Assembly: GCA_964234715.1 (NCBI GenBank)
Contig: OZ174279.1
Reading direction: 5' to 3' (one strand)
Length of the DNA: 64,000 nucleotides
Source: Podarcis melisellensis
Lineage: Eukaryota
Both the position numbers and the translations under genes were made by a program. Below are positions 28,001 through 40,393 of the stretch, one piece after another. Under the pieces are notes generated by a model, which was given only the letters and a program-made list of their open reading frames with translations, did no database searches and was not told the DNA's origin. The number at the start of each line of letters is the position of its first letter. The stretch's first letter is position 1.

Positions 28001-28805
28001 AAAACATCAAACATTAAAGTAAATGGGAGAAATTGTACCAGTGGCTCCTGTGAACCAAAAAAACGAGCCCATGTAGTATCCAAAGGGTGCAAATACTTTT
28101 GCATTAAAAAAAAAAGGGTGGCATGCAGATAATATTTAACTGCATGTTTTAACAGCTGCAAAACTAGTGCTTTTAAAATATACTGCTTCTTTCTGATTTA
28201 ATCTTAACTAGCTAAGTCTGACCTTGGAAGTTGCCACATCTATGAAAAATGTTAGCACAACATACTTCCATTGAGACACTGAAGAATTGCAAACTGGGAG
28301 TGGGGTTTGCAGCCTAACCTGGAGAAGCTCTTTGACCCAATCTGAGGGGAAAGTCCCTCTTTCCCTCGGGATCTTAGCAAACCAGTCCCTTGCCTGGAGA
28401 TATTCTTGGCCTTGGCATCGAATCATGCCGTTTATTAGCAGCCAGTTTTTTGCTGCACTGAAAGGGATTTCTGGCATATCCCTCAAGATCCCTATTGACT
28501 ATGCACAAGTAGCAATACTGATGAGTCACTGCAGAGATGGAGAAGAGCAGCGGCTGGTCTTGCAAAGGCTGCTGCTGCTGCTGCTGCTGCAGGAGGAGGA
28601 CACAGCATCTCTCTGCCTAACTTGCATACTCCGCCCCTAGGGCACACACGCAAAGCTGAGTTCTTTTTGCTTCGCATGGTTAACACAAATCTGACTGCAC
28701 TGCAGCTTGAGTTGTGGTGCTGTTTACGAGGCCTTGGCCTTTTTCGTTCTGCCAAGTGGTAAGTGGCTCACCTGATAGGCTCTGCAGGTAGTTAGAGCCT
28801 GAGAC

Positions 28806-29065
28806 CAGAGCCTCCCTAGAGTGTCCCTATTTTCCAGGAACAGTCCTGGATTTACAGAAGCCATTCCAGTTTCTGATTTGATCCCAGAATGCCCAGTTTC
28901 TTCCTAGGATATCCCTATTTTCAAAATGTTGGAGGGTATGGTAGGACGTCTCTATTTTCATTGGATAAATATTGGAGGGTATGGAGTTATCCAATCCTCA
29001 AGCCATCTGAAGGCAGCCCTGTATAGGGAGTGTTTTAATGTTTAATTTTAATAAATAATAATAAC

Positions 29066-29099
<34 letters not shown>

Positions 29100-29153
29100 G
29101 AAGAAGAAGAAGATTATGTCCCTATTTTCATCGGGGAAATGTTGGAGAGTATG
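28806..29153 (+). mobile_element. Non-autonomous DNA transposon carrying an L2 3' fragment (copy B), inserted into a tRNA-Lys-headed SINE (~28780-29265)
   Basis: Homologous to copies A and C. The SINE head is split on either side of the insertion. Confidence 0.6.
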
Positions 29154-29802
29154 TGAGGCTCAGGGTCATGGGTTTGAGCCCTACATTGGGCAAAAGATTC
29201 CTGCACCGCATGGGGTTGACTAGATGACCCTCATGGTCCCTTCCAACACTACACTTCATGATTCTAATATCCAATAGGAGCAATTCAGATAATGTAGCCA
29301 GGATATCTCCCCTCAGTGGCAGCATGTACTTGCTGTTGTCATGCTCTGTTCCTTAACCACCAGAGACCAGTCAGCCAAATGATGTTCCTAGCTGGTGAGC
29401 AGAAACGGGGAGTTTAAAGCATGGATTAAGAGATGCCTCTTCTGTGGACCATTAAGGCTCTTGAGACTCCCTTCTCCACCCATGCTGTATTTTAGGACAT
29501 CTCCATTGCAGAGCAAGGGACTCACAGAGACCAAAACTCATCATAACAAAAATATGAAGATGGAAGAGCAAAGTTTTATGGACAGATTGCACAATGGGGA
29601 GAGCTGGGAGCTGAATTTCTGGCCTGGGGCAAATTTGAAGAGAAGGCAGGGCATATAGCCTGAATCTCTGGAAAAGGAGAGCTAGCAAGGACTAAGAAAT
29701 TCCACACTGAGAAATAATACAGTGAAGATGAGAGCAGAAATGCTACCACAGGGTAAAGTTATGTGGGAACAGCCTTCATTCTCCTTCATCAATAGACCCT
29801 GG

Positions 29803-29947
29803 CAGTGGTGTAGCGTGGGTTGTCAGCACCCGGGGCAAGGCAAGTAATTTGCACCCCCTAACCCGTGGATTTGCGTCCCCTAACCCTAACCCCCAGATGT
29901 TGCGCCTGGTGCGGCCGGCCCCCCCTGCACCCCACGCTACGCCACTG
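29803..29947 (+). mobile_element. hAT MITE with CCCTAA-containing internal repeats
   Basis: TIR CAGTGG(T/C)GTAGCGTGGG and a perfect 8-bp TSD gaccctgg. Confidence 0.85.
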
Positions 29948-30243
29948 GACCCTGGTGTCGACGCATTCTGAGGATCTCTTTGAGGGCTGGCTCCAGGTTT
30001 GATCTCTGCCAAGTACCATTCTGTGGGGGAGCCTTCCTGTATCACTGAGATCCTGTGCGCTTATCCATTTATGTAAGCTGCAATGGGCACCAGGTGGCTT
30101 GGGCCTACTATTAAAATTTCCCACAATGCCCCAGAGCAGCGCTATACCAGCAGCATTATGGGAAATCAAAATGGCTGTCAGCTGCCTAAGGTTTCCGGGC
30201 CTAGCACACAAAAAAGGGCTCCACTCTGCGTGTGTTATGTTTT

Positions 30244-30286
<43 letters not shown>

Positions 30287-31909
30287 TTCATTTATGAAAA
30301 AAAGAAAGAAGAGAGAGCATGCTTCCTGACAGCCAGCTGTGGCGGGGAATGGGTTGACTTTGTAACCTTATACACCCAAGCTGCAGGCAAAAGTTTAAGC
30401 TGCTGGAACAACACCCATTTTGTCTTTGGTTGGCAACAGCTGTACTTGGCTGGCAAAGCTTTGCGCTGGCAGGTCGGGTTTCATGCCATGCATAAGGCGA
30501 GCGTGAAGCCTGACTCACTGGGTGTGGTACTTAAAGAACACAGAGCAGACCAGACAAGCTCAGATTAGCAACCCCAGAGCTGCCTTCTCCTGGCTTTTGC
30601 AGGGACTTTTAACTTGGTAACTGTGTGAGACTCCTCACCCACTGCTGCTGCTGCTAGTCCCTCCCGGATAATCTGAAGAAGATGGTGCCAGTAAGGCCAT
30701 GTAATAAATAATAATAATATATTATTACTTATACCCTGCCCATCTGACTGGGCTTCCCCAGCCACTCTGGGTGGCTTCCCAAAAAATATTAAAATACTGT
30801 AATGCATCAAACATGTACACAATACCGTTTACTCTGGCTCTGGTGCATTGTTTCAAAATGCAAGACGCATGGGGCAAGGCATTGCTTGGAGGCCAGATCC
30901 ACGGCCCCTGCGGTTGCCTGACCTTGCCTCATGGGTGGACCAGCCCTGCTGGACCCTTTAAAAGGCTACGCACAGCGCTCGTTTGGCCGTGGCATTCATC
31001 AAGGGTTTAAATTCCTATGGATGGCAGTGGATCGAGGCTGCGGCGTCCATGTGTGGCTGTGCTAACCTTTAGATGCTCTTTAAAACCTTCAAAGAGAATC
31101 AAATGATGCACACGGATTCACAATGCCGTTTTCAGTCAACTCACCAGACAGGCTAGGGCTTGTTATGCTCCTTTGTTATTCCTACAGGCTTAGTTTCCCT
31201 TCCAGGCTTACCAAAAAAAAAAGCACCGGGGGTGGGGTGAGTGATCTGCTTCTCCTTGAGGGCTGAAATAGCTTTATCCACGTACCACCCCTTCCCACTT
31301 TATTTATTTGTCATTTCCATTTCTAGCCTGCCCTTCATTAAATTAACAATCCCAGAATTAAGTTGAAATGTGGAGGAGAAATCATGGATGCAGCTTTGTT
31401 GTCAACTCAGGGGCACAGTGTGGGGAGGGCTGCTGGGGCAAATCCTCTGGGCACATTTTTTTGGGGGGGCGTTTCCACTGCTCCCACTGCCCTTCCTGAG
31501 CCAGCCTTTCGCTGCTTTACAAAGCTGGGATCTGATTAGATCTCAGCTTTGCAAAGTACCTCAGGGAGGGCGGCCTGAGAAGGACGCAACAGCCATGCGC
31601 CCTTTGACCCCGGCCACACAAGGTGGCGAGGCTGGGATCAAGAGGTACGTGGCTATTGTGCCCTTTTCCATGCCACCCTCCTCAGATCCGAGCTCCATAA
31701 AGCCACTCAGGGAGGCTGGCATGAGGGTGCAACAGCTCTCCAGAGGCTTCGAGGGCTGGGCAGGCATTGTGGGCTTCCTCCATTCCTCACCTCACTTCTG
31801 GCACGCATGCGCAAAGACACATACCCACCCTGGGCGCTGTGAGAAAAAAATTGCCTGGCCAGATGATTTTTGGCTTTGCGGTCAACTGGCAGCAAATTCA
31901 AATCCCCAG

Positions 31910-32211
31910 CACTGAGATCCAGCGCCAAGGGCCTTCTGGAGGTTCCCTCATTGTGAGAAGTGAGGCTACAGGGAACCAGACAGAGGGCCTTCTCAGTAGT
32001 GGTGCCCGACCTGTGGAACGCCCTCCCATCAGATGTCAAAGAGATAAACAACTACCTTACATTCAGAAGACATCTTAAGGCAGCCCTGTTCAGGGAAGTT
32101 TTAAATATTTAACGCTGTACTGGTTTTAACACTCGATTGGGAGCCGCCCAGAGTGGCTGGGGAAACTCAGCCAGATGGGTGGGGTATAAATAAATTATTA
32201 TTATTATTATT
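31910..32211 (+). mobile_element. L2 LINE 3' end
   Basis: Near-identical to the 3' part of 47489-48292; (ATT)n tail. Confidence 0.85.
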
Positions 32212-32869
32212 AGTTCTTTTTAAAAAAACAACAACAACAGTATACCTTAAGTTTGAGCTCATCTATAGCTGACCAATGTTTGAAGGGCTACCTCTGCATT
32301 TAAATGTGTGGTTGCGGTGGGAGGAAATCACACTATGCTTGTGTTAACACAACCAAGCAAATCTGTGGTGGAAGATTTCATACCACTCTGTGGATAGTAT
32401 TCATACTCCCCTCCATTATTATTATTATTATTTTAAAAACTAACACTATACCACTTTCATACAGTCCAAAGACTCCTTTTATTTAATACGTGGATAAACT
32501 TGAAAGTCCACGCTTTCAGTTACGCCACACAGACACACAGCAACCCTCTCCCACAAATACCTATTTTCAAGTTTTACTGGCCTCTACCTATCAAATCTAG
32601 TGATATTTGGAATTCTGGCAAAACAGGTCACTTGAAAATCTTAAAACAACAACAAAGATTTGAGGATCAGTTTCAAATGAGCTGGCTGTTTGAGGCACAC
32701 TCCCAGTAGTTGTTTGTTTGCTAAAAAACCCCAAAAAACTTGTTCATGCTACATCAGACCTAGTTTGTTGCAATACATACTGATATGCAACATGATATGC
32801 AGAATTCTTTGATAGCAACTGATCTGTGATCGTAATCATAATCAAGATTGATTGAGTCCCCTAGTGTGA

Positions 32870-33292
32870 ACTAGAGGTGGGTGAATCTGTCCGTTTCAGT
32901 TTCTCTCCTTTTCTCCTTTTCCCATTCTTAAGTTCAGTTCTCCACATTTCTGTGATTTTTTTAAAAAAGCCCTTACGAAAATTCACCAGTATTTGAATGC
33001 GAATTTCCCCTAATATGCTGTTTTGCCTAATACACACATTTTAACAAAGCAATTTCCCCTAAATTAGTGTGTTTTTGTATCTTATCTTCACTAACATAGA
33101 TGCATTTTTATGGATGCTTTTACCTCAGCATGTGCATGTATGTCAACATTATTTGGCTTATGTGCACTGCAAAATTCAGAATAGCTGTGCATTTTGATGG
33201 ATGGCTGTGTTTCAGTTCTTGTATTATTTCAGAAGGTGCAAAGTAAGTTTGCCCCAAAATGCAAACTGAACCAAGCTTCTCCACTTTCCCTA
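32870..33292. repeat. Unclassified interspersed repeat (related copies ~50095-50510, ~55290-55705)
   Basis: Shared AT-rich body and end motif gaatctgtc..tttc.gtttctct in opposite orientations. Confidence 0.5.
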
Positions 33293-33843
33293 GTGTGGAT
33301 GCAGCCTTAGCTGATTTAGGAGGTACCAACCTCTTATGCAAAACTACCCAAAGTCAAGCCCAAAGAAAAAAATGTCCAGCTTAGGGGAAGAGGTGGGTGG
33401 AGGTGGGTTTGTTGTGCAAGTGGGCCAAATCCATTTTAATTGTGCAACATCAATTTTCTGGAATGTGATCGAATTCTCCCTGCAAAATAGCAACTGTCTA
33501 GAAACGCCCCCCCCAAAACCTTTCTCCTTTCTATTCCCACCTCCCCACACGGAAAAAAAGATGCCCTCTAAAAGGCTTTTGTGTTGTACATTTGTATGGG
33601 CTCTCACCACGCCACTTATCTGAAGTGCCTTATTGTCTTGGATTCAGGAATCTCTGATCCTTTTGTGTGGGGATGAATGACTCATCTGCACTTTGCCTAA
33701 GTATGCCTTTGCTGTACATACTGTCATGCTACCGTAATGTCAATTGAAGGTGCTCCCCCACCCCTGTTGTTGTTTTTTACAAAAAGAAAAGCACAAGGAT
33801 CAATGAAAACAAGCCTGAAAATACCTCTTCCTCCATTTTACAG

Positions 33844-33885
33844 GGACCAAAACCAAAGAGGGCGTAGTGCAGAGTGTCACTTCAG
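33844..33885 (+). CDS. SNCG: Gamma-synuclein coding exon 2
   Basis: ttttacag| 42 nt (G)TKTKEGVVQSVTS |gtaaga; phase 1/1. Confidence 0.97.
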
Positions 33886-34024
33886 GTAAGATCATTGCAA
33901 ATTCCCATGTTATGTATTGAATTAGCAGGTTCCATTTTATGCCTTCGGTTCACTTCCATGAATGGTGTTTTTTTCTTATACCTGTGACTACACTTACACT
34001 CTTTGACTACACTTGTTCCCAACA

Positions 34025-34172
34025 GAATGGCTCAATTGGTTAGAGCGTGGTGCTGGCAATGGCAAGGTTGCAGGTTCGATCCCCATAAGGGACAGCTGCA
34101 TATTCCTGCATTGCAGGGGGTTGGACTAGATGATCCTCAGGGTCCCCTCCAACTCCATGATTCTATGAGATT
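34025..34172 (+). mobile_element. tRNA-derived SINE with CR1-type tail in SNCG intron 2
   Basis: GCTCAATTGGTTAGAGCGTGGTGCT...GGTTCGATCCCC head plus CR1-like tail. Confidence 0.75.
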
Positions 34173-34397
34173 CTGCGAGAGCTGACAGAAAACACTGCCA
34201 CTTTTGGAGCAAGCCGCAATTTTGAAAAAAGGCAGCACCAACAACCATATCAACAGGCCACTTACTTTTGCTTCAGTAGAAGTGGCAAGACTTTTACCAA
34301 AAGTTTATAATTAGGTCTCCCCCCCACCGCCCCCCAAAAAGAGAGAATGGTTTGCACTGTAGCTCATCAGATCTGCCTATTTCTATTTTATGTTTAG

Positions 34398-34525
34398 TTG
34401 CTGAGAAGACCAAAGAACAAGCCAACCTGGTGGGGGAATCTGTAGTGGCCAGTGTCAACACTGTGGCAAAGCAGACCGTAGAAGGAGCAGAGACCATTGT
34501 CACCACCACTGGGGTTGTACAAAAG
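34398..34525 (+). CDS. SNCG: Gamma-synuclein coding exon 3
   Basis: tgtttag| 128 nt VAEKTKEQANLVGESVVASVNTVAKQTVEGAETIVTTTGVVQK |gtaggc. Confidence 0.97.
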
Positions 34526-36945
34526 GTAGGCCAAAACTTAAGCATCACAAACACATGTTCCCCGAACTGGACTTGCCAGGTAAAGCCCATGGTGGGGTAT
34601 TTGTAGGTGAAAGTAAGCAGGCCGGATGGATTAATAACTCCTCACCCCTGACAACATCGCCTCTCAGCCTTCAGTCATCTGAGAAATAAACCTGGTGAAC
34701 TCCAGATACTTCATACAACATCTACCATTGTCCCTGACCACTGGTCAGTCTGGGTGGAGCTGATGGGAGTTGTAGTCAAAAACCAGATTGAGGAAAGTTG
34801 GTATTGATGGTTAGCACTCTGGGAAATGTCCTTGGGCTGTGTACATTATAGCTTTAAAGCATATTCTTCCTCTCAAAGAATTCTGGGCACTGTAGTTTAT
34901 CCTTCACAGAGTTACAATTCCTGGCAACCCTTAACAAACTACAGTACCCAGAATTCTTTGAGGGAGAAAAAGCCCTTCAGATGTGCTTTGAAGGTTTAGT
35001 GTGTAAGCAGCTTTAGATGACATGGGGGGAAAGAGCAGGTGTTATCAGTCCCAGGATGGCTATATCATGCTTCTTCTTGGGGGGGGGGGGGAGGATAGCA
35101 CCATCATTGTCCAGAGTTCTTACACACTCCTCTTACAGAGTCTTCATTTTCTGCCTAGCATCTTGACAAAGAGAGAAGATGCTTGTGCTTCAGGGAAAAC
35201 ACAAAGCTTTTTCTTTCCTGCACTGGCATGTGTGAATTTCAGTGCCAAACAACCTCCGTTTAACCGTTCTCGTCTCGGAACGGCGACCAACTTTTCCATT
35301 CAGATGATGCGGCACAAAGCTTGCTTGCTGCAATGCAGGCACCGACCACGCGTTCAGCAGCCAATGCTTGCTCAATTTGTAAGTGAGCCGCGGACGCTGG
35401 ACCAATTAGACAGACAGCAGATGCTTGGCCTTGTTTTGCTGCATCGCCTCAGTTCCATTACAGATTTATTAAGGCTCAAGCCAAAGACCAGAACACGTCA
35501 AAAAATAAGTGATAAAATCACATCACACGCGGCGATAACACATATATATCCTAAAATACAATTTAAGAACAATTGATTCAGTAGATTCTCTGTGACATAG
35601 CCCTGAAACAAAACTGGCTGGAGTTTTTCCTCGCATAGAAAGCTATGGATCACATTTAAAAGTCACATGGTGCAGGCAGTGGCAGACACAGAGCAAAGAC
35701 AACTATCTTATCTTATTGCCTGTGTAAAGATAGCAACATCAGAGGCAAAGGAACATATTCTCACCATCTTCAGAAATGCCACTTTTCAGTGGATTAAAAA
35801 TGTGTGTGTATTGTGGCTGACCCCATCCTCTGCCACTTCTGGAAGTTACACTGCGGGCATGAGCTCAGGTCGTAGTTTACCTCTGTGTGTGGCCAATTTT
35901 TGAGACACAAATTTCCCACCAAACCAGACTTGCACAAAACTGTGGGCTAATATTTAAAAATTACACATGTGGCCTCGCCAAGTCTCAGAAAACTGAGGTC
36001 CGTTGTGGGCATGCATTCAGGTATCCTTTTTACCTGTGGATGTGGCCAATTTTTGTATTTCATTTTTGAGATACAGCTGCCACTTGGATGAGGACAACAT
36101 GAAAAGCATGCCCACACAGGATGCAGCAAATCCACTTTCGGCAGCCACACTTCTACAGACCTAAGCTTTTGGTATGTGCCTGAATCCCCCTTGCAAAATA
36201 GTGACAGTCTGCAGGCAGCCAGTGCGAAATATTGGGAGGGCATGTGAAGATAAAGGAATGATGGAGAGGCTCCTGTCTGATACAACCATAAGCACTGCCC
36301 TGTGAAGTTATAAGAGAAGAGAGGAGAGAGAGAGGAATTAAATTAAATATATATTATGCAAGCTGACACTCCTTCATCCTGGAAGTGTGTCGGATGCTAC
36401 TGTTCCAGTTCAGAGAAAGAGAAAATCTCAAGAGGCTTGTTCCTGCCTGGTTAAAAATAGATTGGTGAGTCAGAGAAGTAAAATCATGGTGGGCAGAATG
36501 CAGCCTGAGAAACAAACAGAAGAAGATTCTCAAGCACGTCACTCCTCATTAGATACGAGCTGAGCATGCTGGGCAATGGCAGGCATCTGATTAATTAGTT
36601 ATATGTTAATTTGATTTTTAAGCCGTTCTCCATGAACCCTGTTCCCAAGGGTGGTTTACCATACCAAAGGTTGATGAACTGAAGCAACAAAATGCCCCAA
36701 CTTGTGTAAAACGTATTTGAAAAAATCAAGAACCGTAGATGGACATCGGCTAATTTCACTGGCCTTATTGAATCAAAGGCCTGGATGGAGGAGGGTGGTT
36801 CAAAAGACTGATGGCAATCTTGTCAGCCGCACATCCAAAGGAAGGGGGTTCCATAAAAAAGGGGCCACTACAGAGGAGGCTCTGTGTCATTGCATTATGG
36901 GTTTCACCCAGCAACAGGACATCTTAAACACACACTTGCCCTGTT

Positions 36946-37083
36946 NNNNNNNNNNNNNNNNNNNNNNNNNNNNNNNNNNNNNNNNNNNNNNNNNNNNNNN
37001 NNNNNNNNNNNNNNNNNNNNNNNNNNNNNNNNNNNNNNNNNNNNNNNNNNNNNNNNNNNNNNNNNNNNNNNNNNNNNNNNNNN
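36946..37083. other. Assembly gap (N run) in SNCG intron 3
   Basis: 138 N. Confidence 1.
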
Positions 37084-37359
37084 NGTAAGAGAAGAGCGTA
37101 AAACCTTTCCTTACCTTGCTGTGCTCCATAGATTTAAGCAATTCCCTCTCTTCCCAGCTTACTTGTACTATCTGGGCTGGGGAAAACAGCTTAAAAGCAC
37201 ATTAAGGAGACATAGGATGGGTTTTGCTCCTCTTCTTTCACCCGTACTTGCTCCTTCTTTTTGAATGTGTTTCAAACCCCCTTGGCTTTACAGAGGAATG
37301 AATGCTTAAAATATGCACAGTTGTCCAATGTACCCAACTTAGCCCTGACAGCGAGTGAC

Positions 37360-37434
37360 ATTTCTTACTGATCCTCAGCCTCAGTCTAGTCCTCAGATTT
37401 CTTACTGATCCTCAGCCTCAGTCTAGTCCTCAGA
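37360..37434. repeat. 37-bp perfect tandem duplication
   Basis: atttcttactgatcctcagcctcagtctagtcctcag x2. Confidence 0.9.
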
Positions 37435-38521
37435 AGTGTTCAGATTCAAATTTGAAATTCCAAATGAGGCAATTTATCAGTGTGCATGTTTCATTTCTGA
37501 ACCTGAATATTTCGGGTTCTATCTATCTATCTATCTATCTATCTATCATCTATCTATCTATCATCTAGTTCTTTACTTGAATACATATTATCACCACCAC
37601 AAACCCACCACAAACCATACATTACAAGAATTCAACAGTAAACATACAAGGTCCAGTTAGAGGGAAATTATGTATGCATTACACAACTGTAGGCAACCGC
37701 CAGAAAAAGCACAGAATGGGATACTGGGACTCGGCTTCTCGATAAACCCCCGTTTTAATTTTGAAAACTAAAGTTCTAGTCCTCATTGCAGGAATGGGAA
37801 AGCTGTGGCCCTCCAGATGGAACTCCAGTTGCCATGAGCCCCAGCCAGCATGACCAGTGGACAAGGTTGATGGGAATTGTAGGCCAGCGACATTTGGAGG
37901 ACTACAAATTCCCCATCCCTGATTCATAGGCTTCGTAGTATTTGAGCAATCAGTCAATATACTGCCCTTCACCCAAACATCACGGGGGGAGGGGGCGGGT
38001 TACAACATAAAGAAACAAAATGCTAATGCTAATAATAATAATAATAAACGCCACACACCCCACACAAATTTAAAAGGCCATAGAATTGACCAGAATGTGT
38101 GGCATGTCTCAGGAGCCAAAGAGGAATGTCAGTGCAATTTCGAGGGTTCCATTGGCCCTCCCTGTGGTGTGTTAGTCTGCCTGTGTCTCAGATCTACCTA
38201 TGTATATATGGAGATATAGAGATATAGGAGCTGCAACAGAACAGGACGAGGAACAGGACGAGGAGGAAGTGCTAGGAAGGAGCAGCAGGGGAGGAAGGAG
38301 GAAGCAGGCACAATAGCCAAGCTTCCCCCTCGTGGCTCAGCGATCGGCAATGACCTACTCTCAAAACAATAAATATACTGACCTACTGGCTTGAGGAAGG
38401 GGAAAACACCATGGGGACAGCGACCATTATTTACAGGGGCTGTGAGAACTAGATGGAACTAATCTAGCATTGTAACATAGGCTCTAGCAGCCGTGATGGT
38501 AAAGTTTCTGTTTAGCAAATA

Positions 38522-38747
38522 CAGTGGTACCTTGGGTTAAGTACTTAATTCGTTCCAGAGGTCCGTTCTTAACCTGAAACTGTTCTTAACCTGAAACACC
38601 ACTTTAGCTAATGGGGCCTCCTGCTGCCGCCACGCCGCCAGAGCCCGATTTCTGTTCTCATCCTGAAGCAAAGTTCTTAACCTGAAGCACTATTTCTGAG
38701 TTAGCAGAGTGTGTAACCCGAAGCGTATGTAACCTGAGGTACCACTG
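38522..38747. mobile_element. Tc1/mariner-type MITE
   Basis: CAGTGGTACCT...AGGTACCACTG with TA TSD. Confidence 0.85.
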
Positions 38748-39527
38748 TATCCGTTCCCCTGCCTCTAACACCCCACTCGAGCGGCACCAGAAACCTTCTA
38801 GAACAGTCCGGACCCCTGTAGTTATTATGTCATCTCTCTGGCCAAGCTGAACAGAGCGTCTGTTCTTGCCGGACACCAAAGTGCCCCTTCGCCTGAGGAA
38901 AAACAATGAATATGCATCCAACCGGGAAGAGGAAATGGGTATGTGAGCCCAGCCAGCCAGGTCTGCTGCTGCCCGGGGGTCTGGTCATGGGGAGCTGGTT
39001 CAATGCCTTCCATTGCCAGCCTGATTTTCCTTTGAGGTTGCCAGCTCCCCCTGCCCCCTCCACTGCCATAATGGACTGGCTTGCTCTTGAACATTGAACA
39101 GCTTGGCATTCAGAAATCAGCAGGTGACACTGTGGGGAGGTAAACACAGTTTGCCTGGCTGATGTCTGCACAGCAAGCTGGTTGGAAAGCTGCCAGATTT
39201 CATTTTTTTCGCAAGAACGTTGCATAACCTTGAAAGGGATTCAGCAATAACCCTGCTAAGGAGAGGCAGTGTGACCAAGTGGGCAGAGATCTTTTGAGAT
39301 CTGGATCCAGAGAAGTCTCACTTCAGCCTTTTTTCCTGATGATAAAAAAAACCAACAACTCTGCAATAGATCCTCATTATACTTCTGCAGTATGTTCCTA
39401 TTTTCCAGGGATGGTCTCAGGTTTACAGAAGCCGTCCCGGTTTCTGATTTGATCCCGGAAAGTTCCGCTTTTCCTTAGGATGTCCTTATCTTCACCGGAT
39501 AAATGTTGGAGGGTATAGAGTTATGTA

Positions 39528-39865
39528 GGGGACGCTGGTGGTCTGTGGCTTAAACCACAGAGCCTAGGAAGGTCTGCAGTTCGAATCCCCGCGATGGGGT
39601 GAGCTCCTGTTGCTCGGTCTCTGCTCCTGCCAACCTAGCAGTTCGAAAGCACGTCAAAGTTCAAGTAGATAAATAGGTACCGCTCCGGCGGGAAGGTAAA
39701 CGGCGTTTCTGTGCGCTGCTCTGGTTCGCCAGAAGCGGCTTAATCATGCTGGCCACATGACCCGGAAGCTGTATGCCGGCTCCCTCGGCCAATAAAGCAA
39801 GATGAGCACCGCAACCCCAGAGTCGGCCACGACTGGACCTAATGGTCAGGGGTCCCCTTTACCTT
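39528..39865 (+). mobile_element. Sauria SINE (nested)
   Basis: TSD tatagagttatg; ACCTTT tail. Confidence 0.9.
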
Positions 39866-39981
39866 TATAGAGTTATGCAACCCACCAAGCCAATGAAATA
39901 AGTAACTATACAACCTTTAGAAGACATCTGAAGGCAGCCCTGTATAGGGAAGGTTTTTTTAAATGTTTAATGTTTTATTGT

Positions 39982-40122
39982 CAGTGGTGTAGCGTGGGGG
40001 GTGCAGGGGGGGCCGGCCGCACCGGGAGCAACATCTGGGGGTTAGGGGGCGCAAATCCACGGGTTAGGGGGCGCAAATTACTTGCCTTGCCCCTGGTGCT
40101 GACAACCCATGCTACGCCACTG
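39982..40122 (-). mobile_element. hAT MITE (nested)
   Basis: Same family as 29803; TSD tttattgt/tctattgt. Confidence 0.85.
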
Positions 40123-40300
40123 TCTATTGTGTTTTTATATATCTTGGAAGCTGCCCAGAGTCGCTGGGGCAACCCAGTCAGATGGATGGGGTATAAATTA
40201 TCATTATGATGGATTATTATGTCCCTATTTTCACCGGAGAAATGTTGGAGGGTCTGCTTTTGTCTTCCTAATGCTCTGCCTTGTGGTTTACGTCCCGCAG

Positions 40301-40393
40301 GAGGACTTAGAGCACCCAGTGGAATTTGAAGAGCCGCCTGCTGCCACTGCTGAAGATGACACCCCAGTGGAAGCCACAGAAATCAGTGCAGAG
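40301..40393 (+). CDS. SNCG: Gamma-synuclein coding exon 4 (acidic tail)
   Basis: cccgcag| 93 nt EDLEHPVEFEEPPAATAEDDTPVEATEISAE |gtaaag; phase 0/0. Starts EDL, as in gamma-synucleins. Confidence 0.92.

Larger units (their letters stand above)
39379..40256 (+). mobile_element. Non-autonomous DNA transposon with L2 fragment (copy C), hosting two nested insertions
   Basis: Ends TTGGAGGGTCTG; left end approximate. Confidence 0.6.

Noticed and set aside
28568-28590. (CTG)n tract as a coding polyQ/L/A repeat
   Set aside because: Intronic microsatellite without a supporting exon structure.
31370-35576. 181-aa (31370-31915) and 184-aa (35022-35576) intronic ORFs
   Set aside because: No homology cues, low-complexity composition and no exon-like boundaries.
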